From: Candidatus Krumholzibacteriia bacterium
Lineage (GTDB): Bacteria > Krumholzibacteriota > Krumholzibacteriia > JAJRXK01
Assembly: GCA_041484665.1 (NCBI GenBank)
Contig: JBGPIA010000004.1
Coordinates: 32,001 to 96,000, forward strand
Length of the DNA stretch: 64,000 nt
Reading direction: 5' to 3'
Shown: positions 1-10,433 of the stretch, piece after piece
Numbering within the stretch: the stretch's first letter is position 1
Layout: every line of letters starts with the position of its first letter
Translations under genes and position numbers: made by a program
The notes under the pieces: generated by a model
Database searches by the model: none
What the model saw: only the letters and a program-made list of their open reading frames with translations
Told to the model about the DNA's origin: nothing

Positions 1-1199
<1,199 letters not shown>

Positions 1200-1222
1200 A
1201 GCTGCCCTCCATCGTGTCGAAC

Positions 1223-1274
1223 GCTTGAAGGCAAGTGTCCCACCGTCAGGCTTGAAGGCAAGAGTGCCGCCGTC
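1223..1274. repeat. Two 25-bp direct repeats (22/25 identical, period 27) in the prkA leader
   Basis: gcttgaaggcaagtgtcccaccgtc (1223-1247) and gcttgaaggcaagagtgccgccgtc (1250-1274). Confidence 0.85.
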
Positions 1275-1280
1275 CAGACG

Positions 1281-1296
1281 TGCAAGCCCCATACCA
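1281..1296 (-). promoter_or_regulatory. sigma54 (-24/-12) promoter of prkA
   Basis: Minus strand TGGTATggggcTTGCA, exact GG-N10-GC spacing, ~80 bp upstream of the start; E. coli yeaG is known to be sigma54/NtrC-dependent. Confidence 0.7.
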
Positions 1297-1504
1297 GGCA
1301 GCGGCGTGCCCGCTCGCTGCCCCGCCAAGCCGCAGGGGGCGCGAGAAGAAGGTAATCGGGGCGCGGATGCGGGGCCAAGCGGGCAGCCGGTGGGGCGTCA
1401 CGGCGGACGTATGCCCGCCGGCACGCAGTGGGAGGACCCGTCCCGCCGCGCCGCCGGCGCGGCGGCACGAAGCCGGCCAGAATCCTGTCACGCAACGCTG
1501 GAGA

Positions 1505-2305
1505 TCAGTGCCCGAGCTCGATGCGCACGGCCTGCGAGTCGTCGGCGGCCACGGCCCAGAGCCCGCCGCGGTCCCACGCCAGCGAGACGAACCGGCCGGG
1601 GAAATCGAACGCGTCCGCTGCGACCACACCGTCAGGCTCGGCGTTGAAACCCTTCAGGCGATAGAGTCTTCCGGTGCTCGCGTCGGCGCACCAGAAGCGC
1701 GAGCCGTCGTGGGTGAGGCCGGTGGGATAGAAGCCGGGCGCGGGGAGCTTGCGGGAGACCTTTCCCTCCTGCATGTCCAGCCGGTAGAGCTTGCGGGAGT
1801 CGGCGTCGGCCTGCCACAGGTAGCCGCCGGCCACGGTCAGGCCTGCGGGATGGTAGCCAGGGCTGGGGAGCGTCACGACGACGGTGCCGAGGTCGGTGGC
1901 GATGCGGAACAAACCGGCGTGATCACCCAACAAGCTGCCGCCGCTCCAGAGGAATGCCCCGTCGTAGGCCAACCCCGTTTCGTAGCCGTCCGCCTCCGTG
2001 GACAGCGTGTCGACCGCGCCGGTGGCCAGTTCCAGCGAGAGGATCCGGCTCTGGAAGTGGGTCTCCGGCGCCGCGAGCCCACGGTTGCCGGTGGCCAGCA
2101 GCCAGAGCGTGCCGCCCGACACCGCGATGCCCCGCACGCCGTCGCAGGGCAGGTGAACGACGCTGGCGCGGCTGGCCTTGATCTCGGACAGGCTGTTGAG
2201 CGCTGCGGCGGCACCGCCTGCGCACCACCCGATGACCGCCAGGCTCGCGCTCGCGTGGCGCGCGGCCCGGCGCAGACGCCGCAGGCATGCCGGCGGTCGG
2301 CGCAT
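1505..2305 (-). CDS. Secreted beta-propeller protein (glutaminyl-cyclase-like repeats)
   Basis: ATG directly after the upstream stop; signal-like N-terminus; repeats GLAYDGAFLW, GLTVAGGYLW, GLTHDGSRFW, SLAWDRGGLW. Confidence 0.65.
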   Translation of the reverse strand: MRRPPACLRRLRRAARHASASLAVIGWCAGGAAAALNSLSEIKASRASVVHLPCDGVRGIAVSGGTLWLLATGNRGLAAPETHFQSRILSLELATGAVDTLSTEADGYETGLAYDGAFLWSGGSLLGDHAGLFRIATDLGTVVVTLPSPGYHPAGLTVAGGYLWQADADSRKLYRLDMQEGKVSRKLPAPGFYPTGLTHDGSRFWCADASTGRLYRLKGFNAEPDGVVAADAFDFPGRFVSLAWDRGGLWAVAADDSQAVRIELGH

Positions 2306-2306
2306 C

Positions 2307-3521
2307 CTAGGCGCGCGCGCGCAGACCCGGCGCGGGGGATTGCGGACCGCGGTCGAGGCGACGGGCGCGCTGCTGCTGCAGCGCGAACGCCGAGTCGAGC
2401 AGGGCGACGAATCGGTCGTACCCGATGGGCTTGCCGGCCTGCAGATCGACGACGCGGCGCGCGGGAGCGGCCAGCGCCTCGTCTTGCCAGCCGGTGAGCA
2501 GCACGATCGCGACGGAGGGGTCCCGCTCGCGGATCCGCGCGGCGGCCCACAGCCCCGTCTCATCGGGCAGCCCCAGATCGAGCACCACCACGTGATGGAC
2601 GGCAGGATCGAACGCCGCCACGCCTGCGCGTGCCTCGTGGGCGAGCGTAGCCGGCAGGCCCTCCAGCGCGCACATCTCGCCCAGGACATTCGCCACGTCG
2701 ATCTCGTCATCGACGATCAGGACCCCCAGGCCTTCCCCGCGCGGCGCCGCGGCGCGCCGCACGGGCATCGCCGCGCGCGCCCGCGCCGGCTCGTCGGCCG
2801 TCCGCAGCAGGATGCGCACGCGCGTGCCCGCGCCCGGCTGGCTCTCGACGGTGAGCTCCCCGCCCTGGCGCCTCACCATGGCGAGGGCGTTGGACAGGCC
2901 CAGGCCCGATCCGACGCCTCCCTTGGTCGTGAATTCGGGCTCGAGGCAGCGCGCCAACGTCGGCGCGTCCATCCCGCAGCCGTTGTCTAGCACCTCGAAC
3001 ACCACCCAGGCGTCCCGGCGGCTGGCCACCAGGTCGATGCGTCCCCACTCGCGCAGCGCGTCCAGTGCGTTGCTGATCAGGTTGTTGAGCACGTGTCGCA
3101 GGTCGTCGGCTCGTCCCCAGACCCAGAGCGGCCCGTCCAGGTGTGGGAGGATCTCCACGTGTCGGCCATCGGCCTTCATCCGCCCCACCTTGGCGGCCCA
3201 CAGCTCCACGGTCTCGCACACGACCAGGGCCAGATCGAGGGGCTCGCGCGGGGAGCCTTCGGCGGGTCCGGTGGCGCGCATCTGGTCCAGCACCCTCTGG
3301 CTCAGCGAAGCGCACGCGCCGGCCGCCTTCTGGATCAGCTCGGCACGATGGCGCAGCGAGGGGTCGGCCGCCTCGCGCAACAGCGACTCCGTCTGCCAGA
3401 GGATGATCTGCAGCATCTGCGCGTAGTCGTGGACCAGGCCGTGGGAGAGCTCGCCGAGGAGGCGCAGGCGGACGTCGCGCGGCTGGAGCCCGCCAGGCAG
3501 GTTGGGGTCGATCACGCGCAC
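2307..3521 (-). CDS. Cytoplasmic hybrid histidine kinase (HisKA-HATPase-REC), no sensor domain
   Basis: H-box GELSHGLVHDY, N-box NNLISNALDA, DNGCGM, FTTKGGVGSGLGL, receiver LIVDDE...VLDLGLPDETG. Confidence 0.85.
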   Translation of the reverse strand: MRVIDPNLPGGLQPRDVRLRLLGELSHGLVHDYAQMLQIILWQTESLLREAADPSLRHRAELIQKAAGACASLSQRVLDQMRATGPAEGSPREPLDLALVVCETVELWAAKVGRMKADGRHVEILPHLDGPLWVWGRADDLRHVLNNLISNALDALREWGRIDLVASRRDAWVVFEVLDNGCGMDAPTLARCLEPEFTTKGGVGSGLGLSNALAMVRRQGGELTVESQPGAGTRVRILLRTADEPARARAAMPVRRAAAPRGEGLGVLIVDDEIDVANVLGEMCALEGLPATLAHEARAGVAAFDPAVHHVVVLDLGLPDETGLWAAARIRERDPSVAIVLLTGWQDEALAAPARRVVDLQAGKPIGYDRFVALLDSAFALQQQRARRLDRGPQSPAPGLRARA

Positions 3522-3536
3522 ATCCCGCAGCCAGCG

Positions 3537-3571
3537 AAGAAAACGCCGGACCCACTAGCGTGGGTCCGGCG
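3537..3571 (-). terminator. Rho-independent terminator
   Basis: Perfect 12-bp stem cgccggacccac/gtgggtccggcg, 4-nt loop, followed by TTTTCTT on the minus strand. Confidence 0.8.
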
Positions 3572-3720
3572 ATTCCGGGCACTCATCCTTGCCTTCGCGA
3601 TCGTACGGACGAGGTAGCGATGAGTCAGATCTTGCGGGCCGAGCGGCGGAAGCCCCTCGTATTCCTGACACACTTCCGACCGCCCGGTCCCAGCAAGACG
3701 GCTTGTCTGCCTATCCGAGC
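3537..3720 (-). ncRNA. Candidate sigma54-dependent small RNA (~185 nt)
   Basis: Bounded by a -24/-12 promoter and an intrinsic terminator; internal stems (actcatc/gatgagt, gcagac/gtcttgc); no ORF with an RBS that ends before the terminator. Confidence 0.55.
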
Positions 3721-3730
3721 TGATCAACCT

Positions 3731-3746
3731 CGCATTGAGCGTGCCA
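3731..3746 (-). promoter_or_regulatory. sigma54 (-24/-12) promoter
   Basis: Minus strand TGGCACgctcaATGCG: perfect -24 box and GG-N10-GC spacing. Confidence 0.7.
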
Positions 3747-3853
3747 GTTGCACAGGATCGCGTGCACGCGGGACACATTCGCCCAACCCATTCAAGTATA
3801 ACAGGTTATGCGCAACATGCGATCGAGGGCTCTTCGGGCATTTCCGGCCTACA

Positions 3854-3888
3854 GTAAGAAAAATTTACGTTTCGTAAAATCTCTTTAC
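3854..3888. promoter_or_regulatory. Tandem palindromic enhancer (UAS) sites GTAA-N7-TTAC x2
   Basis: GTAAgaaaaatTTAC (3854-3868) and GTAAaatctctTTAC (3874-3888), 20 bp apart, in an AT-rich island ~110-140 bp upstream of the -24 box. Confidence 0.65.
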
Positions 3889-3906
3889 TGAGTAGGTGCG
3901 CAGCGC

Positions 3907-4275
3907 CTACATCTCACCGTGGCCGGTCTCATCCGGAGGGGTATGGTGGATCGGAGACTCGAACTCCGTGGGCCCGCTGATCTCGCCGCTCACGACGAGG
4001 ACATCCGGTGCGCCTTTCCACACGATCCTGGTGCGCACGGAAGACTCGTTCGGCCGCGCCAGGTCCAGCACGCCGTGGAGCACGCCAGACTCCACCGTGA
4101 CCGTCAGCGCGAGCTCGTCCGTGGACTGGATGATCAGAGTGCCGTCGCCAATCGGCACCTCCGTCGTGCCCGCCCCCAGGAAGATCCGCTGGGAAATGGC
4201 CGCGTGGAGGACGGCGGCGGTGAAGACCAACAGGACGGCCGCAAGCCACGCAGTCCAGTGCTTTCGGGTGGCCAT
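3907..4275 (-). CDS. Small secreted hypothetical protein
   Basis: AGGAGG RBS; MATRKHWTAWLAAVLLVFTAAVLHA signal peptide. Confidence 0.6.
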   Translation of the reverse strand: MATRKHWTAWLAAVLLVFTAAVLHAAISQRIFLGAGTTEVPIGDGTLIIQSTDELALTVTVESGVLHGVLDLARPNESSVRTRIVWKGAPDVLVVSGEISGPTEFESPIHHTPPDETGHGEM

Positions 4276-4456
4276 CGACCCTGCCTCCTGAACGGGGTGT
4301 ATCCCGTGGGACGCCCACGGCACGGCAGCGGCGGTGGCCGCCCCCAGCCGCAGGCTACGCGTATCAGTATAGCGCGAAATCGCCCTCTAGGGAAAGCCCG
4401 GCGTGGCGCCCCCAAAGCGGAGCCGGTAGGGGGCCGGCGGTCTCGCGCAGCGCTGA

Positions 4457-7400
4457 TCAGCCGGGCCCGGCCCGGCGGGCCCGCACCGCGCCCGGGGGCG
4501 CCTCGTCGTCCGCCTCAGGGTCGGCGTGCTCGAGCGGGCGGCTTCCGAACAGCGCGTAGAAGCGCCGCAGACGATTGTAGAGCGTGGGCTTGGTGATGCC
4601 CAAGAGCCGTGCGGCGCGCGCCTTGTTGCGCACAGCGAGCACGACCTCGTGCGCCATGAGGATCTCGAGCTGCGGCATGAGGGGCCGCTCCTCGGAGTAG
4701 TCCTCCGCATCCACCATCGCGCGCACCGCATCCGACACGCTCTGGCGTGTCGGCGCGCCGCTGGTCCCCAGCACCGTGGCGGGCAAGTCCTCCACGCGGA
4801 TGACATCCCTCCCGGCGAACACCATGGCGTTCTTCACCACGTTCTCCAGCTCGCGTACGTTGCCGGGCCAGCGGTACTCCATCAAGCGCGCGATGGCCTC
4901 CTCACTCATGGTGCGCTCGGGGCTGCGAAACTCCTCGGCATACCGCCTCAAGAAATGCTCCACGAGCGGCTTGATGTCCTGCGGACGATCGCGCAGCGGT
5001 GGGATCTGAATGGAGATCACGTTCAGCCGATAGAACAGGTCCATGCGGAAGCGTCCCGCCTCAACTTCCCCTTCCAGATCGCGGTTGGTGGCCGCGATCA
5101 CGCGGGCGTTGGTGCGGACGGTGCGCACGCCGCCCACGCGCGTGAAGCTCTTCTCCTGCAGCACGCGCAACAGCTTCGCCTGCATCGCCATGGGCATCTC
5201 GGCGATCTCGTCCAGGAAGATCGTCCCGCCGTCGGCCCGCTCGAACATCCCGACGTGGCGGTCGATGGCGTCGGTGAACGCCCCTTTCTCGTGCCCGAAC
5301 AGCTCGCTCTCGAGCAAGTTGGCCGGGATCGAGGCGCAGTTCACGGCGACGAACTCGCCCTTGCGGCGCGCGCTCGCTTCGTGGATCGCGCGGGCCACCA
5401 GGTCCTTGCCCGTGCCGTTCTCGCCCAACAGCAGGAGCGTGATGTCGTTGTCCTTCACCAGGTCGACCATGCGCAGCACGGCGTCGGTGGCCGTGCTCGT
5501 GCCGATGATGCCGTAGCGCGCCCCGGGTGAGGGAGCGGCCTGCGTGGCGGTGGCGTGACCGGAGAGCGGTGCGGACAGCCCGGTGGCCAGGCTCACCGCG
5601 CCCGCGACGGCCTGCAGGAAGACGAGCTCACCCTCCTCGAGTGGGCGGTCGCGCAGCAGGGCCAGCCACCCCGGATCGGACCCCCGCGTGCGCACGGCCG
5701 TCCACGGACCCTGCTGCAGGACGTCGGCGGCGCGCTCGGCTTCCGCGCGCGCCAGCGCCGTCGCCAGATCCCCCGGCGGCGGGCTGGTGCGGATCTCGCC
5801 TCGCACCAGGCCGAGCGTGCGCGCGGCGCGGACCCAGCGCACCTCCTCGCAGCCCAGACCAGCGGCGAGCGCGCGCAGCGCGCCTTCGAAGCGCCGCGCC
5901 TCGAGGTCTCCGCCGGCTCCCAGCAGGTCGGCCAGCGCCGTGAGCTGCTGCTCGGCACCCACGCGCGCCAGGCCGGGCGCCGGGATCTGTTCGCCGATGC
6001 GCTGCTCCAGATCGCCCAGCGCGGCGGGGAAGCGGTAGACCTCGTGGCGCGCCATGAGGTCGCGCGCCTCGATCAGGCTGGCACGGGCTTCGGCCTGCCG
6101 GCCAGCGGCGAGCTCGAGCGTCCCGCGCCGCGCCAGCGACTCCAGCTGCAGGTCGAAGCGCCGCAGCGCCGCGAGCGTGCGCGCAGCCGATCGCAACAGC
6201 TCGACCGCCCGCTCGCTCTGTCCGGCACCACCCAGCAGCTCCGCTTCCAGGGTCTCGAGCATGGCGCTCTCGAAGCGCGACGGCACCTGCTCCAGGACCT
6301 CCTTCGCCTCGGCCAGGCGCGAGGCAGCCTCCTTGTGCTCGCCCAATCGGAGCAGCAATGCGACGAACCGGCGCAAGGTCGCCAGGCGCTCGGTCTCGTG
6401 GTTGGTCGCGCGGCAGATCTCGAGGTCGCGGATGAGCAGGTCGCGCGCCTCGTCCAGGCGCCCCTCACCCATCGCCGCCTCGCCCAGCAGCCCGTGGGCT
6501 TCCGCCTCCATCTGGCGGTGGCGCAGGCGCCGCGCCAGGTGGAGGCACTCCAGGCCGCAACGGTTAGCCTGCCCGAAATTGCTCTGGTCGATGGCGAGGT
6601 AGCCCAGGTTGAGCTGCGTGGCGGCCACGCCGAGGGTGTCGCCCAGCTTGGTCTTGAGCTCGAGGCTGCGCTTGAGACAGCGCTCCGCCTCCTCCAGGCG
6701 GCCCAGCCCGCGGTAGGCCAGCGAGAGGTTGTTGTAGCTGCGCGCCACCTCCTGCACCAGGCCGGCCTGCTCGCGCAGCACGAGGCCGCGCTGCAGGTTG
6801 ATCAGGCTCTGCGAGTAGTTGCTCTCCTCGTACTGGATCAGTCCCAGCGCGTTGTAGGCTCGTGCCACCTCCAGCGGATAGCGCTTGTCGTCGAGGATCT
6901 TGAGCGTCAGCTCGCAGTAGCTGGCCGCATCGCGCGTGCGGCCGAGCTTCAGCAGCGCCGACGCCAGATCGAGGTAGATGTGCCCGCGGTGGATCACCGG
7001 GAGCTGGTCTTCGTAACGCTCCAGCCCTTCGGCCAGCAGCCGGTGCGCGTCCCGGTAATTCGCGCGGTGCTGGGCCAAGAACGCGATCTTCAGCAACAGT
7101 TCGGCGGCCAGCGGCGCCAGGCGGCCTTGGGCCAACTCCGTGGACGACTCCACCGCCGCGAGCGCCTCGGAGAAGATGCGGTCGGCGCGGTCGAGGTCGC
7201 CGTGCAGGCGATGCTGCTCGCCCATGCTCTTGGCCGCCTGGCAGCGATCCTCCAACTTGGGACGCGCCACGTCGGCCGCCTGCAGCAGCCGCTCGTAGGC
7301 CGCGTATTCCAGCAGTGGCGCGTCCTCCTGGCGCGCGCGCGCGGCCAGCTTGCGCACGAGCGAGGGCGCCCGCAGCGGCGCGCGCAGCAGCGCGGCCTGC

Positions 7401-8863
7401 AGCCGCAGCCAGTCGCCGCCCAGGCCGGTGCGGGCGCTGAGCAACTCGAGCGTCCCGCCCAGCAAGGCGGAGATCTCCGCCGCGCGCTCCGGCGGCACCT
7501 CGACCGGTGCCCCTGGCGCGAGCGCCAGGATCAGCTGCGGGTGGGCGGGCGCCTCGTCCGCGCGCGCGTACAGCACGGTCGCGCGACGGGCGCGCCAGAG
7601 GTCGTCGGCGATGGCGGCCACGCTCTCTTCAGTCAGCGCGAACGTGCTGCGCAAGAGCGTCTCGCTCAGGGGGCGGCCGCAGACGGCCAAGGCCTCGAGC
7701 ACGCGCAGCGCGGCCCCCGCTGTGGCCGACGGCTGCTGTGGAGCGCGCGCGGCCGCGTGCCGGCGCTGCGGCGGCGCTGCGTCCTCGGGAAGCGTCACCT
7801 CGTGCAGCCGTTCGCTCCCGCGGTGCCGCAGCGACGCCAGGTAGAGATCCGCCGCGCCGTCCAGGGGCGAGGCGCTGGGCGCCACCACGACGATCTCGCG
7901 CCCGTCGAGCCAGCCGGCGGCCGCCAGCCGCGCCAGCCCCTCGGCGAACCCGGCGTAGCGCTCCAGCTGATCGAGCACCACGACGCGGCCCACGGGCTCC
8001 TCGGAGGGCGAGCTCAGGGTGTGGGTTGGGGGGCCCACGTGCGGGCGCAACGTCACGTACGACCGCTTCTGCTCCCGCGCCCAGGCGCGCACGCTGTCCA
8101 GGGCCCCGCGCACCGCCGCGCGTCCCCCCCGCAGCAGCAGCGCGCCGCCTTCTTGCTGCAGATGCGCCAGCGCTTGGCGGACGGGCCCGGGCAACGCATC
8201 GTCCGCAGCACCGCCGACGCGCGCCAACGTCAGTGCTTGCAGCACGCACTCCAGGTCCACCAGATCGCTTGCCGACAGCCGGGCGCCCGCCGCGCGCCGG
8301 TAGCGGCCGCAAGCCTCCGCGAGCTCCGCGAACAGCGCGCCGACCTCGGCGGCCCCGGCGACCGGGTCGTCGTGTTGGTCTGCAGCCGGATCCAAGCCGC
8401 GCAGGATCGGCGGGAGCGCGTACGAATCGGGCAAGAAATAGGGCCCCTGGTCATCGCGCCACATCGCCGAGATGTGCAACGCGCCGCCCGGGCAGCGGGC
8501 CCGCGCCAGCGCGCCCAGCCCGTCCATCAGGCACTCGATCTCGGCCAGCGCGGCGGCCGCGGGCAGCGACAGCAGGCGCGGCTCCCACGGCTCGCCGGCT
8601 GCCTCGGGCAGGAACAGATAGAGGCTCCCCTCGCCGCGCAGCACGACGCGCGGCGGGAACGGCCGGAACAGAGGTTGCGCGGCGAACGCCGCGAGCCGGA
8701 AACGGACCGCGACCTCGCTCTGGTCGGCGCCGGGGGTGCCGATCTGCAGCAGCGTACCCGGCGCGTCGGTCGCGACGTCGCGCGCCGAGTACAGGCAGGG
8801 CTCCTCCCCCGCGCCAAGGGGGTGGAGCCGCTGGAAGCGGTGGGCGATCACACTTTCGATCAA
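4457..8863 (-). CDS. Giant sigma54 enhancer-binding protein: degenerate kinase-like N-terminus, TPR array, AAA+ domain, Fis-type HTH
   Basis: GENGTGKD Walker [63 protein letters not shown] units such as [12 protein letters not shown] and [11 protein letters not shown]. Confidence 0.9.
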   Translation of the reverse strand: MIESVIAHRFQRLHPLGAGEEPCLYSARDVATDAPGTLLQIGTPGADQSEVAVRFRLAAFAAQPLFRPFPPRVVLRGEGSLYLFLPEAAGEPWEPRLLSLPAAAALAEIECLMDGLGALARARCPGGALHISAMWRDDQGPYFLPDSYALPPILRGLDPAADQHDDPVAGAAEVGALFAELAEACGRYRRAAGARLSASDLVDLECVLQALTLARVGGAADDALPGPVRQALAHLQQEGGALLLRGGRAAVRGALDSVRAWAREQKRSYVTLRPHVGPPTHTLSSPSEEPVGRVVVLDQLERYAGFAEGLARLAAAGWLDGREIVVVAPSASPLDGAADLYLASLRHRGSERLHEVTLPEDAAPPQRRHAAARAPQQPSATAGAALRVLEALAVCGRPLSETLLRSTFALTEESVAAIADDLWRARRATVLYARADEAPAHPQLILALAPGAPVEVPPERAAEISALLGGTLELLSARTGLGGDWLRLQAALLRAPLRAPSLVRKLAARARQEDAPLLEYAAYERLLQAADVARPKLEDRCQAAKSMGEQHRLHGDLDRADRIFSEALAAVESSTELAQGRLAPLAAELLLKIAFLAQHRANYRDAHRLLAEGLERYEDQLPVIHRGHIYLDLASALLKLGRTRDAASYCELTLKILDDKRYPLEVARAYNALGLIQYEESNYSQSLINLQRGLVLREQAGLVQEVARSYNNLSLAYRGLGRLEEAERCLKRSLELKTKLGDTLGVAATQLNLGYLAIDQSNFGQANRCGLECLHLARRLRHRQMEAEAHGLLGEAAMGEGRLDEARDLLIRDLEICRATNHETERLATLRRFVALLLRLGEHKEAASRLAEAKEVLEQVPSRFESAMLETLEAELLGGAGQSERAVELLRSAARTLAALRRFDLQLESLARRGTLELAAGRQAEARASLIEARDLMARHEVYRFPAALGDLEQRIGEQIPAPGLARVGAEQQLTALADLLGAGGDLEARRFEGALRALAAGLGCEEVRWVRAARTLGLVRGEIRTSPPPGDLATALARAEAERAADVLQQGPWTAVRTRGSDPGWLALLRDRPLEEGELVFLQAVAGAVSLATGLSAPLSGHATATQAAPSPGARYGIIGTSTATDAVLRMVDLVKDNDITLLLLGENGTGKDLVARAIHEASARRKGEFVAVNCASIPANLLESELFGHEKGAFTDAIDRHVGMFERADGGTIFLDEIAEMPMAMQAKLLRVLQEKSFTRVGGVRTVRTNARVIAATNRDLEGEVEAGRFRMDLFYRLNVISIQIPPLRDRPQDIKPLVEHFLRRYAEEFRSPERTMSEEAIARLMEYRWPGNVRELENVVKNAMVFAGRDVIRVEDLPATVLGTSGAPTRQSVSDAVRAMVDAEDYSEERPLMPQLEILMAHEVVLAVRNKARAARLLGITKPTLYNRLRRFYALFGSRPLEHADPEADDEAPPGAVRARRAGPG

Positions 8864-9002
8864 GGCGCGGCTCCAAGGCGATGCCGCGGGCCGGGCCGCG
8901 CAGGATCGCGGGGTCCGCGGCGTCTTCGCCGCTCATGATGGTAGTCGAGCGGGATGCGCAGCGACAAGCGCCCCGGACGGGGCCAGCACGCCGGGGGCTG
9001 GC

Positions 9003-10097
9003 TCAGCGCGGGGCGGGCGCAGCCGGCCGCAGTGCGAGGACTGGCAGCTCGAGGATGACGGCGGAGTCGGCCGGCCCATGCTCCCAGCGCAGCCGCGCGT
9101 TGAAGGCGCGTACCAGCCGGTCGCTGACCTCGTAGCGCAGCAACCGGTCGCGGGCCTCGGTCCGGTCGCCAGAGGCCTCGGGAACAGTCATGCCCTGCGC
9201 CGCGCCTGCCCCGATCCCGTGGGCGCAGCAGCGCAGCAGCGCCGTTCCATCCGAGCCCGGCACGAGCTGCAGGGTGGCCACCGTCGGGCGGCGGGCGTCG
9301 GCCATTCCGGTGGCAACGCCCAGGAATTGGGCCAACAGCTGCGCCAGCCTTGGCCCGTCGCACAGCATGCCCCCGCTGTGCGGGCGCACATCCAGCTCGA
9401 GGTGCGCGAGCTCCTCGCGACGCAAGCGGGCCATCCAACGGCGCAGGCGATCTGCGACGTCCGGCAGCGAGCTGGGCGCGGGCCGCAGCGCCACCTCGCC
9501 GTTCTCCAGCGCGACGAGCTCCTCGATGCGCTCGATGGTCTCAGAGAGCCTCTGCACGTTGCGGCGTCCGACCTCCAGGAAATGCTCGGTGGTCGTCCCG
9601 CGAGTCTCGGCTCCAGCCTCCTCGAGGATGGTCAGAGCGCTGGACAAGGACGTCACCGGCGTGCGCAGGCGATGGGAGAGGTACCCGAGGTAGCGGTGCA
9701 GCTCGGCGCGGGCCGCGACGGCTTGCGCACGGTCTCCACGCGCCCGCGCCTGCGCCAGCAGCTCGCGCAAGCGGGCGGCGTCCGGCGGGGCGGCGCACAT
9801 CCCGATGGCGCCCAGTCGCAGCGCGTCCCGGAACGCGGACGCACAGGCTTCGGGGCCGACCAGCAGCAGGGGCGCGCGGGTGGGGCGGCGCGCCAGCCCC
9901 CCGTCCAACCCGTCTTCCGCCCGCACGCGCGCCAGGGAGGCCACCAAGAGCGAGCTGTCGCCGCCCTCGAGCCAGGCGCTCAAGTCTTCTTGACCTTGCG
10001 CGCTGCGCACGCAGAGGCCCGCCGCCTCCAGCGCGCGCGCCCAGGTCTCCACGTGCGCAGGCTCCACCAGCAGCAACGCCTGCTCGCTCCTGGACAA
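9003..10097 (-). CDS. Pseudo-receiver + HisKA(DHp) protein with degenerate ATPase domain
   Basis: REC-like N-terminus without an obvious acceptor Asp; YLSHRLRTPVTSL H-box; no intact N or G boxes. Confidence 0.65.
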   Translation of the reverse strand: MSRSEQALLLVEPAHVETWARALEAAGLCVRSAQGQEDLSAWLEGGDSSLLVASLARVRAEDGLDGGLARRPTRAPLLLVGPEACASAFRDALRLGAIGMCAAPPDAARLRELLAQARARGDRAQAVAARAELHRYLGYLSHRLRTPVTSLSSALTILEEAGAETRGTTTEHFLEVGRRNVQRLSETIERIEELVALENGEVALRPAPSSLPDVADRLRRWMARLRREELAHLELDVRPHSGGMLCDGPRLAQLLAQFLGVATGMADARRPTVATLQLVPGSDGTALLRCCAHGIGAGAAQGMTVPEASGDRTEARDRLLRYEVSDRLVRAFNARLRWEHGPADSAVILELPVLALRPAAPAPR

Positions 10098-10191
10098 CGC
10101 TCGTCCTCCCCGTGCGGGAACCGCACACCGCGCGAATCCGTCGACGGCGCATCAGCTGAGGCCTGCGGCCGGACGGACCCGTGGCAGGAGG

Positions 10192-10207
10192 TACAAGGCA
10201 CATGCCA
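10192..10207 (-). promoter_or_regulatory. Possible sigma54 promoter
   Basis: Minus strand TGGCATgtgccTTGTA, correct spacing but GT instead of GC at -12; ~95 bp upstream of the 10097 start. Confidence 0.4.
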
Positions 10208-10433
10208 CCGTCCGCCGAAGGCTCACGGAGACTCACGGGGAAACATCGGGACGCATGCGCCGCGCGCGGGTGCCGGCGCGACCGCAGCGACGCGGCGGGA
10301 CAGCGTGCATCCTGCCACCCCCAACGCGTTGGCGCGCGGGTTCGGGCGGTGCCGGGGGCCGCGCCTGGGTCCGAGCCCGCCGGGAGCCGCGGGCGAGCAG
10401 GCGCGCCGTCGACGTCGCGCAGGTGGGGGGGCG

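Noticed and set aside
1223..1274. Direct repeats as a mini-CRISPR array
   Set aside because: Only two units separated by 2 bp, with no spacers and no cas genes
3537..3720. CsrB/RsmZ-type sponge based on seven GGA motifs
   Set aside because: The count is only modestly above chance for this composition and the motifs are not clearly in hairpin loops
3512..3778. 88-aa minus-strand ORF over the sRNA locus
   Set aside because: It starts upstream of the promoter, runs through the terminator, and has no RBS or motifs
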